Assembly (NCBI GenBank): GCA_051294905.1
Contig: CM119371.1
Location: 25,546,001-25,610,000 of the forward strand
Direction: 5' to 3'
Origin: Botryllus schlosseri
Taxonomy: Eukaryota
DNA: 64,000 nt
Part shown: positions 1-12,000 of the stretch, piece after piece
Numbering within the stretch: position 1 is the first letter of the stretch
Layout of the letters: each line of letters opens with the position of its first letter
Position numbers and translations under genes: made by a program
Notes under the pieces: generated by a model
Databases searched by the model: none
The model's input: only the letters and a program-made list of their open reading frames with translations
Told to the model about the DNA's origin: nothing

Positions 1-599
1 GAACTCGCCAAAATAAGCCTCAAATGTTGCATTGTAAGTGAGTTTGGCATTGTGACGCAACCATGATCAATCGCCTGCGTAACAATGGCCAATACGCTTG
101 CATCTTGCAGTGCTCCTCGCCTGCTCCCAGACGTCATTGCAGCATCACAATACCAAACTCACATACAATGCAACATTCGAGGCTTATTTTGGGGAGTTCC
201 AGGACCACGAACAGAATAAATTGATATTTTCGCAATCAGTACCGCGGTAGCTTTCGATTGATACACGTTTTATAAAATTCAGGCTAATGCAGGACAAGCC
301 GGACAAAAATTACCGTCAAATTACCTTCGACCAAATGTAAAGTGTGACGTACACCAATTTCACTAAGCCGTGAGATTTGCTTGTGTCCACACCATATAGG
401 ACACCATGGTTTGTTGCGTCCGTGGTTGACCAAGTCACGGCATTCCGAATAACAAAAGTCCTTCTCTGATTGTAACGTTTGACGTGACGAGTACGAGTAC
501 AAGTAATTCTACAGAGGGTCGCGCTCAAGTCCAAATCACAATTTTCAGTCACGAATCATCAACGGGTAATGTTTTACCATATTAAACAAGTAATGTCAC

Positions 600-824
600 G
601 TAGTAGTTGATCTTCCACTGAGTGGTAACTGAGTGGAAACTGATGTATTAGGGAAGTTTGAGTAGTTTCAGGCTTCTAGAATAGTTTTAGAGCGAATTTT
701 AAGTTCTCAAAAATTGGTAGTAAAATATTGTCGAATACTTCGAAATCCAAAATGCCGTCGCGGGCCGCACAAAATGGTCTCGCGGGCCGCATGCGGCCCG
801 CGTGCCGCGTGTTTGAGACCTCTG
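600..824. mobile_element. End of a hAT (Buster/Charlie-type) MITE interrupting the Gypsy RT; other end not seen
   Basis: Terminus GTTTGAGACCTCTG at 811-824 with GCGGCCCG subterminal motifs; ~600-824 resembles 32050-32274. Confidence 0.75.
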
Positions 825-832
825 GTCTAACC

Positions 833-2832
833 TGTCTACGCACGGTCAAAGAGTGGTAACCATTCCAGGCATCTGCGACAGACCTGTAAGTGTTAGGAGG
901 TATCGAGCGTGTTTGTTTGAAAGGAGGCACAACATGGTGTGTGTTTCTAGAGTAGAAGTGGTTCAACGATTGGAAGGCAACAAATCTCCTCGGGCTGCCA
1001 TCTGCCTTGCGTACCCACATGGTCCTATGACACTAGTTCGTTTGCGTGTACGACACTTTTTCACTCGCCCCTAATTTTACGTCCGCCTCCAACTGCTTCT
1101 CAATTACGTCTTTCCAATGTAGTGGAATGGGAGCCGGTGTGTGGATTGCAGTCGGTGTTTCCGACGGATCGATATGAATGGAAATAGGCGGCCCAGTCAT
1201 GGTTGGCAACGGTCTGTGTTTGCACTTGTTGAATTTGGATGATACATACCTCTCAAGTAACCATTTCTTCATTTTATCAACATTATCCGCACAAGGCTTG
1301 AATGGTATACGCTGGGGGCGTGGAGGAGGGGTTGACCTCTGTGGGCAGCTACATAATTGATGCGAGTTACCCTCATGGGTTGACTCTCGTGACGCGTGGA
1401 GTGCGGCTTCGCCAATTTGAGGAAAATCAGACCCAATGAGGTTCAACTTATGCATGGAATCTCGACTAAGGTAGAAGAGTGTCGTAGAATCCGTAATGAT
1501 ATCACCAGAACCTGCTCCACCCGAAAGTCTCAGAAACAAAGCGCCCAGGATACACTCATTATTAGCAGCACTCATCATTTGCAGCAAACATGCGTTTCTT
1601 CACCGTGATGCTAGAAACAGTTTCAATCCTATCAAGGATTATTTTGTACCAGTGTCCAACACCGCTTTCACCATCTTGGGCGATATTATGGGACGCTGGA
1701 TATTGAACTGGGCATAATCGGCTTGCCGGGTGGAGACTAAAAGATCAATGGTCGGTTGGGCTTTGCACTCTTTCAACAACCAACCGTATGTTCCATCGAA
1801 TATATAGTGGTCTAAAATGGACTTCCGAAGCACGAGACTCGGGTTGTGGCTGGCGCATTGTACGGTTATTGGATTCGACGGTGTTATTGGTACGGTGTGA
1901 TACTGAGGCAATGTTGCTACCAGAAGTGGAGCCAGTAACTATAGGCGTATCCGATTGTTTGCTTTTCCTTTCAGCAGACTAGACATTGTTTGAACTCGCG
2001 CAACCTCGGCTTACCAAACTTCCCAGGCAAGAATTTATACTTCTTCATGACATTGCCACATCCGATACGTTTCATGACTTGAGAGAGATCGGGCGAAGGC
2101 GTGCCAGTTGAAGTGCTGGCTGCGACGCTAGCGTGATGCTGGTTTCTCATCGTGAAGGAGGTGGCTAAGAGAGCCATTTCCTTGTTTTCAATAATCTGGA
2201 CAGTTTCGTCTAGCGATTTGGTATCGAGATTTGCAACACTGAGGACTTGCTGCTGGACCTCATCATCGGCCAGGCCGGCGATGACAATATGCTTATCAGA
2301 AAAGTCGTTGACTTGGGTGCAGTCATGCTTAGTGCAATTCATTTGGAACGGGCAAATTCTTGCAGACGCTTTCACCTTGGCCAGAAATGCACTGAATGGT
2401 TGTCCTTGATACTGCTGGGTCGAAAATAGAGCAACGGTACGCATGTTTGTGGCGATTTTGACAACTGCTAGTGATTCAATAGCTTTCAGCAAATCACCTT
2501 CACTGACCTGATTGAAGTCACCGCCTATGTTGAAGAGGTCCTTCGATAAAGATATCTGACAGCATTGCCACAAATGGCTCTTGATTAGATTGTCGGCCGT
2601 CTCGGTCCCTTTTCTAAAAATCGTCCCATTTTCTGAGGAATATTTGCCATTCCTCGGCAGTGAATCCACACGAAATGGCAGGTCGTTCCATGGCAGGGGG
2701 TCTCGAACGCGAGACAGAAGGTCCTGTTATGTGACCTGTAGAATGGATTGTGAGCTGCACGGCGGCGCCCGCCGCGTCTTTGGCTTCACTCTCATAATCG
2801 CAGTCTTGTAGTGGGCATGAAAGCTTCGGCAT
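833..2832 (-). pseudogene. Degenerate Ty3/Gypsy LTR-retrotransposon gag-protease-RT (frameshifted, RT interrupted)
   Basis: Successive minus-strand ORFs: gag N-terminus MPKLSCPLQDC..ERPAISCG..EEWQIF, protease LDTG (ORF 1639-1911), RT N-terminus PIPLHW..KLG..VRKADGSPRR..DAWNGYHS. Confidence 0.85.
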
Positions 2833-3021
2833 TGTTATTCCCTATTAAGTTTGATCATTTGCAACTTTGTATTTATTCATAGGGTAATTATCGTGATAAA
2901 TGATCAATCTGAAATACCAAAAAAAAAGTTGCACGGACTAGCCTAATTCCTATCACTCTAACAACTTACAGGACGTGGGCGCTAAAGGCTAATACATACA
3001 TGAACGCACGTCGCACAATTA

Positions 3022-4365
3022 TGGCGTTTCCATGCACGGCCGATGGGCCCATTTCCGAGAGACTCAGCCGACGAACGAGAGAATTTTGTTGCGCAAGCAC
3101 ACCCACGTCGGCCCACTCGTCGGCCATCGAGTGAATACTTCGACTTGGCCGCTCGGCCATGCTTGCGCTGTGTCGTCGATTAGCTAAGTTGCTACTTACA
3201 ATACACTTTTCGTGTCAAATTAACCATGGCTGCACTCCGGATGGATCTTGGACGCATTGAGAAATCAGGAATATAATTATGATTGCGACGGACGTTAGTC
3301 GTGTAGTACGGATATAGCTACGAATTACCCGTAGGCTACCGACAAGACAGCGTAATGGTTAAGCGTCCGGCTTCTTGATCGGTAGGTCGTGGGTTCGATT
3401 CCCGGCCGGGTCAGACCAAAGACCTGATTAGTAAAACTGGTATCCATGGCTTCCCTGCTTGGCGCTCATGCATTACTGGGATAGCATGGAGGGGTGGTGC
3501 ATGAGTCAGAAAGCCGTAAAGGCTATATCTGCACTTCCTTGTCCAGCGGCATATGCACATCATGCACTCATGATATGCATATGCGCAGATCGTGTGTATG
3601 TGTATCATGAGTCGGTGTTATATGCTGCAAAAACATCAAGGACAAAAATAAACTACGTCCTCGTCCGAATATAAAAAAATACCGGCCGATCGGTAGACAT
3701 GACCACCGTCTTACGAGAATGAATCTTCTTCGCGATCTACTTACATACGCTGCTGCCACAATTCGAGGATTTGTGTTCTGGTGCATGGATACAATACAAA
3801 ATACCGTTTGACCACAAACTTGGTGAACTTATTCACATTCCCCTGGTAAGCAAATCATCAACGGGACACTCGAAGTTCATGTCTGAATCACGACGACGAA
3901 ACAGTAGTACCGGTAGACTACTGGATAAGTTACTATTCTGCGCTCGAAATTATCGGACCACGATATCCCATATCTATATCCCCCCATACTAAGATATGCC
4001 TCCTAATTTTCATCTTTTTTCCATCTTATTTTATCTTCTGTTAGTTTTAAGCAAGTGGTTCATCATGACCATTTTACATGTTGGATGGATTTAGGCCTTC
4101 GTGTTCAACGTCAAAGCGGGTTGTTTGATTGAATGACCGCTACAAGTCATCTGGGCTCATTCCTACCGAGTCATTTATCGCAATGTTGTGATTATTATGA
4201 AATTATTACTGAGTAAGTAAGCCAAAAACGTCATCGCGATCGCTTCGCCCACCTAGTTCGGCCAAGTCACGGTCGGATTGCGCCTGGTCATGGAAACACG
4301 GCCGACATGTACAACGCATGCGACATAGCCTTTCGGCCGTCCGTCGGCCGTGCATGGAAACGAAG
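3022..4365. mobile_element. Non-autonomous TIR element (PIF/Harbinger-like)
   Basis: TIR CGTTTCCATGCACGGCCGA at 3025-3043, inverted at 4344-4362; flanked by TTA and TAA. Confidence 0.65.
3340..3500 (+). mobile_element. tRNA-derived SINE (central domain resembles Meta/MESC-type SINEs)
   Basis: A-box-like CAGCGTAATGG, B box GGTTCGATTCC at 3392-3402, followed by GGTCAGACCAAAGAC...CTTCCCTGCTTGGCGCTCA; domain name is from memory and needs a Dfam check. Confidence 0.65.
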
Positions 4366-4556
4366 TAAATGACAACAATTAGACTAGATCGCTTTTGCGT
4401 TAAGGAAACTATTAGAGAGGGAGAGGAGATGTAGTAGTAAGTGATAATCACACAATGAGAGATAGTTGAAGAAAATAATTATTGTTTTCCCCGGTCTCGC
4501 AGATTCAAAATCCGTTCACAAAAAAGGGGCTTTCAGCTTTTTCTTAATGTTTGCAC

Positions 4557-6530
4557 CAGGGCTGTGGAGTCGGAGTCGGGGTAATTTTCGCTTGATGGAG
4601 TCGGAGTCGTGAAAACTATAATAGCTGGAGTCGGAGTCGGTGGGAAAATAATGACTGGAGTCGGAGTTTGTGAGAATGACTATGACTTCGACTCCGACTC
4701 CGACTTCAACTTCTCTATCATGAAAACATTTTCTTACAAAGAATTTTCAATAGAATTTATAAGTACCACCAATCACTGTTATTATTAACCATACAGATCA
4801 GGTGCGGCCAGCCCGTGGCACGCAGGCCAAATTTGGCAGACGAGAAGGTTAGGTGTGGCTTGCGAAGTAATTCTCGAAATTATTTATGACATGCAGGTAC
4901 AATTGCAAGGCCAACCAAAATTTGATTAGCATGACCGCGAAATTTGATGATGACTAAAACAACAGTTCTGACGCATTGACGTATCCAGGGGTCAGCCACA
5001 TTTATCCCAGATCTTCGTATATGACCATGAAGTAGAATATTTCATAGCAGATTTATTTGACTTGAAATTTTTCTCGGTCCTTCGTATGATTCATTGTCAC
5101 TAGATTTCTTGCATTCAGTATTTGAGCCCCCTTCTCAAAATTGTAAATACATATTATTCACAGAATTGAGTTTAACTATATTCGCAATTAGGAGATACGG
5201 CTTCGCTTGTGCACTCGCAGCGAGATCGTCGACAAAACATTTGCACATAATGATAGATGCATGTTCATTGATACCGTCGATTATGCTATGTCTAAACGTC
5301 GAATAATCCTGTCCTTTTCAAATGAGCCTAGTGGTATACAGATGCGACCCCCAATGTATGTTAGCGACATATTTTTTGATATAGCTATAGCCTAATTCAG
5401 TCGTTATTTTGCAAAAAAAAATTCGCGCTTCGCGCGACCAGGGCCTGGTGGAGCGCACTGCACACTTGCATGACATATTGTTATCAATTTTAGAGCGAAT
5501 TAATATAAGTCTTGTTTGTAATGTTACCTAATTCGGTTCGCTTCTATCGACGACTAAAAAAGGTTATCAACATTCTAGTTGCCCGCGCAATGGTTCGTAA
5601 ATCTCTGGTGTCCCTTTCGCCGAAAAAGTTGCCCACCCCTGATATAGATAAAATTAGACATTACTTGCAAATTACAACTCATTTGCACAGGGGAAGAAAA
5701 TCGCAATATGCGTTTTCGCGATGCAGTCAAAATTGATGCAATTTTTGGAATTATACCACGATACTGTGACAGAGAAAATGCATCGGCTGGTTTTGTAAAA
5801 TTGTAAAAATGATGTAAATATGACCAAACGATGCTTCCCACTTGACAAAATTAAAAATATTTGTAGTGTAGCTTAGCTGTTTGGGTCGAACAAATGATTA
5901 AGAAAGACTGCAAGTCCCAATCCTTGAATACTTGATTAAGTACATGTAGACGAGACTTAGGCTATGGTCTTTGACTACTTAACTAAATTCCATTCATGAC
6001 CAATGTCTATTTATTAGTAGTAAGAGTGTTTGTGCTTGTAATCAGGATAGTGTGCAATGACAAAATTAGTAAGTTCAATTTCTTTATTAGTTGCTGAGTC
6101 ATACACAAGAGCTACACTTGGATTTTTTATCTACATTTTTATTTTACAGGATTGGATATCTGCCATATTTGAATGATTCATACATTTCAGGATATTAGAG
6201 AGTCCATGTTATATAAATTTGAATAAGGAAGGATATTTAGCAAATCTTTATTTCATGTTAATTGCATAGTGGAAAATTCGAGCTGTGCCACAATGCCACA
6301 GTTAATCATATGTTTGCATAATGCATATGTTTAATGGTTGTATGATAGTCATTCAACCGACAATGTGGCATATAATTTTCGAAGTAAATTGATAATAATG
6401 CTGGAGTCGGAGTCGGGAGTCGGAGTCGGTACGTTTAAAGACTCAGGAGTCGGAGTCGGTATATTGAAAATGTGTGGAGTCGGAGTCGGAGCTGGAGTCG
6501 GTGGTAAAATTTACCGACTCCACAGCCCTG
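4557..6530. mobile_element. hAT non-autonomous element with (GGAGTC)n subterminal arrays
   Basis: TIR CAGGGCTGTGGAGTCGG; perfect 8-bp TSD GTTTGCAC. Confidence 0.92.
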
Positions 6531-7588
6531 GTTTGCACCCACATGCCGACATTCCCTCTTCATATTATTATGAGTATTAAAATACCAACTTTTACTGATG
6601 GGGAAATTTTGAACATAACTTGGAAGGTTTCTGACGTGACATCGCGTCCAAAGTCTACCTTCTACATATGATAATAAGTACTAATATTTAACGTTTTGTC
6701 ACAATGCTAAAAGTGTTGCACAAAATTATTTAAAATTATGCTAAAAATCTACAGATCTATGATATGTGAAAACTACGCAGAATATGACGAAATCGGTCTG
6801 GAAAATCTGGCGGCATATGACAGTATGATAAATTTAGCTAAAATCGTGTTAGTGTTTTAAACACGCATATCAGTTGTAATATCAGAAAGACAGAGGCAGA
6901 TTTCTCATTAAAAATAATGTAACTTTTCTTCGTTATTGGCGTTATTGCATTCGGGAATAATTTTCAGATTAGCAATTTACCTGTCTCATTTTTTATTTAT
7001 TTTACGTTTTAGTGATACGTATGCTGAAAGATATTCAAAACCACTGCATGTCACAGTATCGCTCTCTCTATCTCACACATCATTTTAAGCCATCGTCTAC
7101 ATCTAATGTGCGGTAATATACAAATAGAAAGAACAGCTTTACTTGAAAAAACTATAACTTCCCATGAGGTCAAAAACGGAACATATTTTACGTTATTTCG
7201 GGTTTTCCATTTTGTGGAAAACGATTTTTTGTATTAATCCTGCACGAACCATATTTGACGAATACGTTATAGTTCATGCTTATCGAAGTGTCCGTATTTA
7301 GAAGAGCTAGCCATATACTAACACTGTATCACCAAAATACCCTATAATCTCAGAATGGTCCTATATATTCACTAGCTATACACTTACTAACACGACCAGT
7401 GACCACTTCGAGTTGCTTGAACGCCATCAGAGAAAAGAACAGATTTAATAACACGTATGTGTGTATGTGTGGTATCAAATATCACTTCTTATAGTCGACT
7501 ATGCAAATTATAATTGAAATCTTTGAAGAGCTTCGTGGAGGTACAGAACTTCAATATACAATTAAATAGTATATTCATATTGAAATGA

Positions 7589-7622
7589 ACCCGAATATTT
7601 TCGGCTGACACTCGTCAGGGGT
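7589..7622 (-). ncRNA. Minimal type I hammerhead ribozyme, inverted copy
   Basis: Exact reverse complement of 8157-8190. Confidence 0.75.
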
Positions 7623-8156
7623 AATCGTCAGCAACTAGTAGAGAATTGGAAAGAACATTGTATATCAACAATCGTATCACAAAATATGACGTCACCAGCA
7701 AGAAATTTCGAATGAGAGAGCGTTCAATGTACTATTTTTAGGTGATACACGAACTCCTTTTGTTGACAGAGTTTTGGTTGGTGTATTTTGATAAAAGTTG
7801 ATTCCAAGGCACACAAATGGAATTGTGAACGGCCTCGACCTACGATTCGAAATCGGTCGTCTCGATAATTATTCGCACAAATCGGATTATCCAACAGATG
7901 TTTGCCGATGGCAGAATTAATTGCCTTTGATCGATCAGCATCAATCTTAAGTGGATGAGTTAAGGGTGAGCTTTTCACATCGCGTGACGCACGTGTTCTG
8001 ATAAATCTGGGGACATGTTGGTTTATGCGGTCCTGCAGACGTCTTGACGTTCTTCCCACGTAGCCACAATCACAGTGGCACCTATATTCGTACACTACAT
8101 TACTTTGTTGAAGTGCAGGAAGCACGTCTTTGCGTGTTGAAGGGAGCAGTTGTGTT

Positions 8157-8190
8157 ACCCCTGACGAGTGTCAGCCGAAAATATTCGGGT
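8157..8190 (+). ncRNA. Minimal type I hammerhead ribozyme (Penelope-associated)
   Basis: ACCC-CUGACGA-G(ugucagc)C-GAAA-AUAU-UC-GGGU: intact core, helix I ACCC/GGGU, palindromic AAUAUU helix III. Confidence 0.75.
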
Positions 8191-8347
8191 TCATTTCAAT
8201 ATGAATATACTATTTAATTGTATAATTGAAATCATGGAGCAAATGTTTTCGTTGGGAAAAAGATTGGTTTTATCGTGACGACCGCAAAAATAGGCATCGG
8301 ATCCATACAGCATGATGGTATATTTCAGTATTCGGGTGTATGTAATC

Positions 8348-8985
8348 CAGGGGTTACAAACTTTTCGGTGCGCGGGCCGGATTCAAACATGTTGATTAAT
8401 CGCGGGTCGGACTAGTCAAAGGATTCCGAAATGTTACCCCAAAATCCATACCCGAAGAGATTTAACTATATAACCCGAACCATTGAATTTAAATATTTTT
8501 TAATCACCATTCGGGATTCTCTTCGCACCGGGGTTCTGGGCTTTGTGTATGTAAGGGCAGCTGCGATCACATTTATTGGAGTTATATTATTCGTCTAACT
8601 ACATTAGTCTCCGTGTACGATGTAGCTAACATGCAACGGTATTGCTTTGGTGTTTTCGCCTCTGTGAATAATCAGTTTGGCCCATTTGTCCGGAAACCAC
8701 TGTACTGAGTGTGCGCTTATATGCTCTATCGAAATATTGTGTCAATTTCAACGACTTGTTCGTATTGGTGACTTGAGTGAAACAAAAAAGTGCCGTGGAA
8801 TGGTTATAATGTGGCTATGACCATGTACGACATCTGCTCTCTTTGTAACGTCAAAATATTTCTTACTCAAAATGTCAACTTTTGTTGGAAGTGCGGGATA
8901 TTACAAGGGTTTTGCCAGTTACTCAGAATTGCTTCGCAGGCCGGATGAAAGCGCCTGGCGGGCCGCAGACCTTCTGATACCCCTG
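8348..8985. mobile_element. hAT (Buster/Charlie-type) MITE
   Basis: CAGGGGT...ACCCCTG termini; TSD ATGTAATC. Confidence 0.88.
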
Positions 8986-8998
8986 ATGTAATCGGTAC

Positions 8999-9092
8999 CT
9001 GCATTCCTTTCTGCCGTTGCAGAACTCTTCAGCACGAATACACCTCCTCGAAGGGTCGCGACATTCGAATTCCGAAGCGGAACAATTAATCT
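8999..9092 (-). CDS. LDLa-repeat gene, A-type exon
   Basis: catttcag|AG ATT AAT TGT... = INCSASEFECRDPSRRCIRAEEFCNGRKEC, ends AG|gtaccg; 94 nt; partner B exon not found in the window. Confidence 0.85.
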
Positions 9093-12000
9093 CTGAAATG
9101 AACCATGTAATTAAACCATTCCGTGTGATTATATAATGTATTGCCTCATCGCCGATCTCGCTGTTAAGGCAGCGACTTAGTTAGCCGAGCTCCAAAGTCG
9201 GCAGCAGAGACCCGAGATCGTATGTAAGAAATCGAGAATGAATGAAAGTGTGGGAGTGCGCGAGCACGACAAGTCGTCTTCAAGAGCAAAAGAGAAGATA
9301 CTCAACTGTACCAAATGCATTGCCATGGCGCACAAGGCATGAACAGGCGATAAGCGCCAATGTTGTTGTGTGTGATAATAACAATAATATATACCAGTTA
9401 TAACTGACCGTGAAATCAGGAGCGACCGCCCAGATATGATAATTAAACTAAAAAATAAAAGAGAAGGCTTATTCATTGAACTGGCCGCCCCAGCTGATCA
9501 TAACATATTACAAAAGGAATCAGAAAACCAATCGAAATACGCAGAGCTCAAAATGGAATGTGAGAAAATGTGGCGATGCAAAATGAACATTAGGGATGGT
9601 GTGAACGTGAGGTTCACGTTCGCGTTCTGTGTGTGAACATCGGAAATTTAGAGGTTCGCGTTCACAACAGAACCTTGGTAGGTTCTACACTGTGAACCTT
9701 TTTCATATATTACAATTTTTACTTCATTACAACATCTTTAGTTCATATTTATTGCATTTCAACTGCGGGCCACTCTATACACGGCGCTGGCAGCATTAAA
9801 AATCAACACTTAACGAGCATGCACCTTGACAATCTCAAATGTTTTACTTGCTTTGTTACAAAAGTTTGCTCGAAGTATCCAGGTTTCCGTTGGTGAATAT
9901 TTAGTGACTCTCTGTTGTGAGTTTGACCCGCATTCAAAAACATCACGAGCAAAATACGTAGTCAGCGAATGATGCTTATTCAACCAATCAATGAAATTGA
10001 TATCGTTTTCTGATGAAAAAGATGTAGCAGGCGTACGGGGTCAATCTTGACTTCATATCTTGACTGCATCAATAAAACCAAATCCATGCGATTGAGGGGT
10101 TGGCCACTGCTGTATAGTGTATAACTTGTTAATGGGGTAATATTTGTAGCGAGTTTAGAAACCTGTTTTACACTCAGCTCAATATCAATGTAGCGATACT
10201 CAGACGCCGAATACATTGTCCGGTCTGGTCTCGACCGTTAGGCCTAAGTTTATCTTCCCTGGTAAGTCCTCGTCGGAATTGTTGGCAAAGCGACGGAAGA
10301 TATTGATTTTATGGGAGTATTATATCCTTTAATTGCCTCAGTTGATACATTTACGGTGAAGATAATAAAGTTGGATTAGCAATAAAGTTGATTAGCGCGT
10401 TCGTCAGGATTTATCAACCCAGGATTAAGGAAACCGGTTGATCGCGGCGCATAAAGTTAGTGTTAATCTCATGATTTAACAAACTGGAACAATGTAGATT
10501 TCTAGTTATCTATAGAAACTGCGTACCATTCCTACGTCCAATTATTCCGGATAATGACCGTGCCGATTGTCTCCTAGGTTATGGTTTCACTATACAATCA
10601 ACGAATTATGTATTCCCACCCGTCATTGCAAAGCGATATCCGTTTCTTAGCGGTACCGTACGAATTGGACATGACTTTCATTTCGCGATGATGATAATTC
10701 TACCTGTTACAATGACAGTATCGTCATTAGCAGGCGGCTGCTTCATTATGGAGATTGCGGAGATTGATTCATTCACCAACTAGCAGCCTATGTATAACGC
10801 ATTTTCGCATTTTGATGCAACAGATACACTTGATTGAAAACTCGGGACACCGCGACTAACCATCGCGCGTAACCTTCTCCAACTTCATGCGTCACGATTA
10901 GCAGTATTTAATCACACGATTAGCATTCTTTCGGATCAGCTAACTTTATTATCTCCACCATCAGCGACGTTTAAAACACCAATATGTACTTCGGAAATGT
11001 GGCATTATGTGGCCCGAGTCGTCGGTAGGTATCGTGTACATTAATATAGGCTATCACATTATTGGAAGATAGGGTTGGAATTAGCAATATGACGTCGACG
11101 TCACGTGACGTCATGAGGTTCACGTTCGTGTTCACACAGAACCTTTCAAAAAGGTTCGGGTTCACACGAACCTGAACCTTTCAGAGGTTCACACCATCCC
11201 TAATGAACATTGTACCAATAGTAATTCTCGCTACAGGGATCATAAGCAAAAAACTCATGAGACAAATCCAACGGATTCCGGGTAACATTCGATCCGACAT
11301 GATCCAAAAGATCAAGTTATTGGGCACTGTGCATATTCTTCGGAAGGCCTTGAATGCACCATTGAACTTGCGCGCATGAATCACAGCATAATTTCTGTAA
11401 CTTTGATTCATCATTTTCCTTCATTTCTACCTCTGCTCTGCAACCCTTGCCAATTCTTTACCTACCGCAATTTTGTAATCCGACCTCTGCATGTATTGCA
11501 TTGGAATAACAATTTGACTGTATTACTGAAATTTTATAAAAATACCTCAATTTCGCTATATTCCTTTGGGGACAGGTTGCTGCCCGGATTATGTGTATAT
11601 TTACCAGTATTACTGTCAATAAAGAATACAATCATAGCATAATGTATTAGTTGAAAATCACTGATGATCGATGCGTCGTCGTGAGATTGGACGGCACTCT
11701 GCAGAATTTTGGAAAACGTGAAATGTAACTCGTTATTTGGGTGTCGGAACTTGGAAACAGAATAAACAGTAATTTAATCGGCGGTGAATTTATCGGAAAT
11801 TGCAATATGAATCTTCGTGACAAGCACAAAACGAATAATTATAATACAAATACAAGTGGTCAAGCTTAGCAAAACCATTCACCTCTAGATATCGATCAAG
11901 GCGAACATCCGTAATATATCTTTCAGCGTTGGACCAAGTCAGTACTTACGAGTCACAAGTTATACAATGGTTTTGTCATCACCCATTAATCTCTACGTCA

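Larger units (their letters stand above)
7522..8220 (-). mobile_element. 5'-truncated Penelope-like element: GIY-YIG endonuclease 3' end with inverted pseudo-LTR
   Basis: ORF 7724-8125 NVVYEYRCHCDCGYVGRTSRRLQDRINQH..SAIGKHL..LESTFI..P.LCQQ; ~70-bp inverted repeat 7555-7624 / 8155-8224; 13-bp direct repeat TATAATTGAAATC at 7509-7521 and 8221-8233. Confidence 0.9.
9391..11379 (+). pseudogene. 3' end of a restriction-like-endonuclease (RLE) non-LTR retrotransposon ORF, split by a MITE
   Basis: Removing 9591-11210 restores IPVITDREIRSDRPDM..FIELAAP..N..QKESENQSKYAEL..W..MNIVPIVILATG..IQKIKLLGTVHILRKAL*. Confidence 0.85.

Noticed and set aside
3340..3415. Functional tRNA gene
   Set aside because: A and B boxes are present, but there is no convincing acceptor stem and the sequence runs straight into a SINE body.
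2905..4455. Gypsy 5' LTR and primer-binding site (minus-strand TGGTATTTCAGA near 2908-2919)
   Set aside because: Plausible, but there is no second LTR in the window to confirm boundaries, so it was not called.
8235..8310. Minus-strand GGATCCGAT as the B exon following exon 8999-9092
   Set aside because: There is no AG acceptor in front of it and no LCR/LCILP pattern after it.
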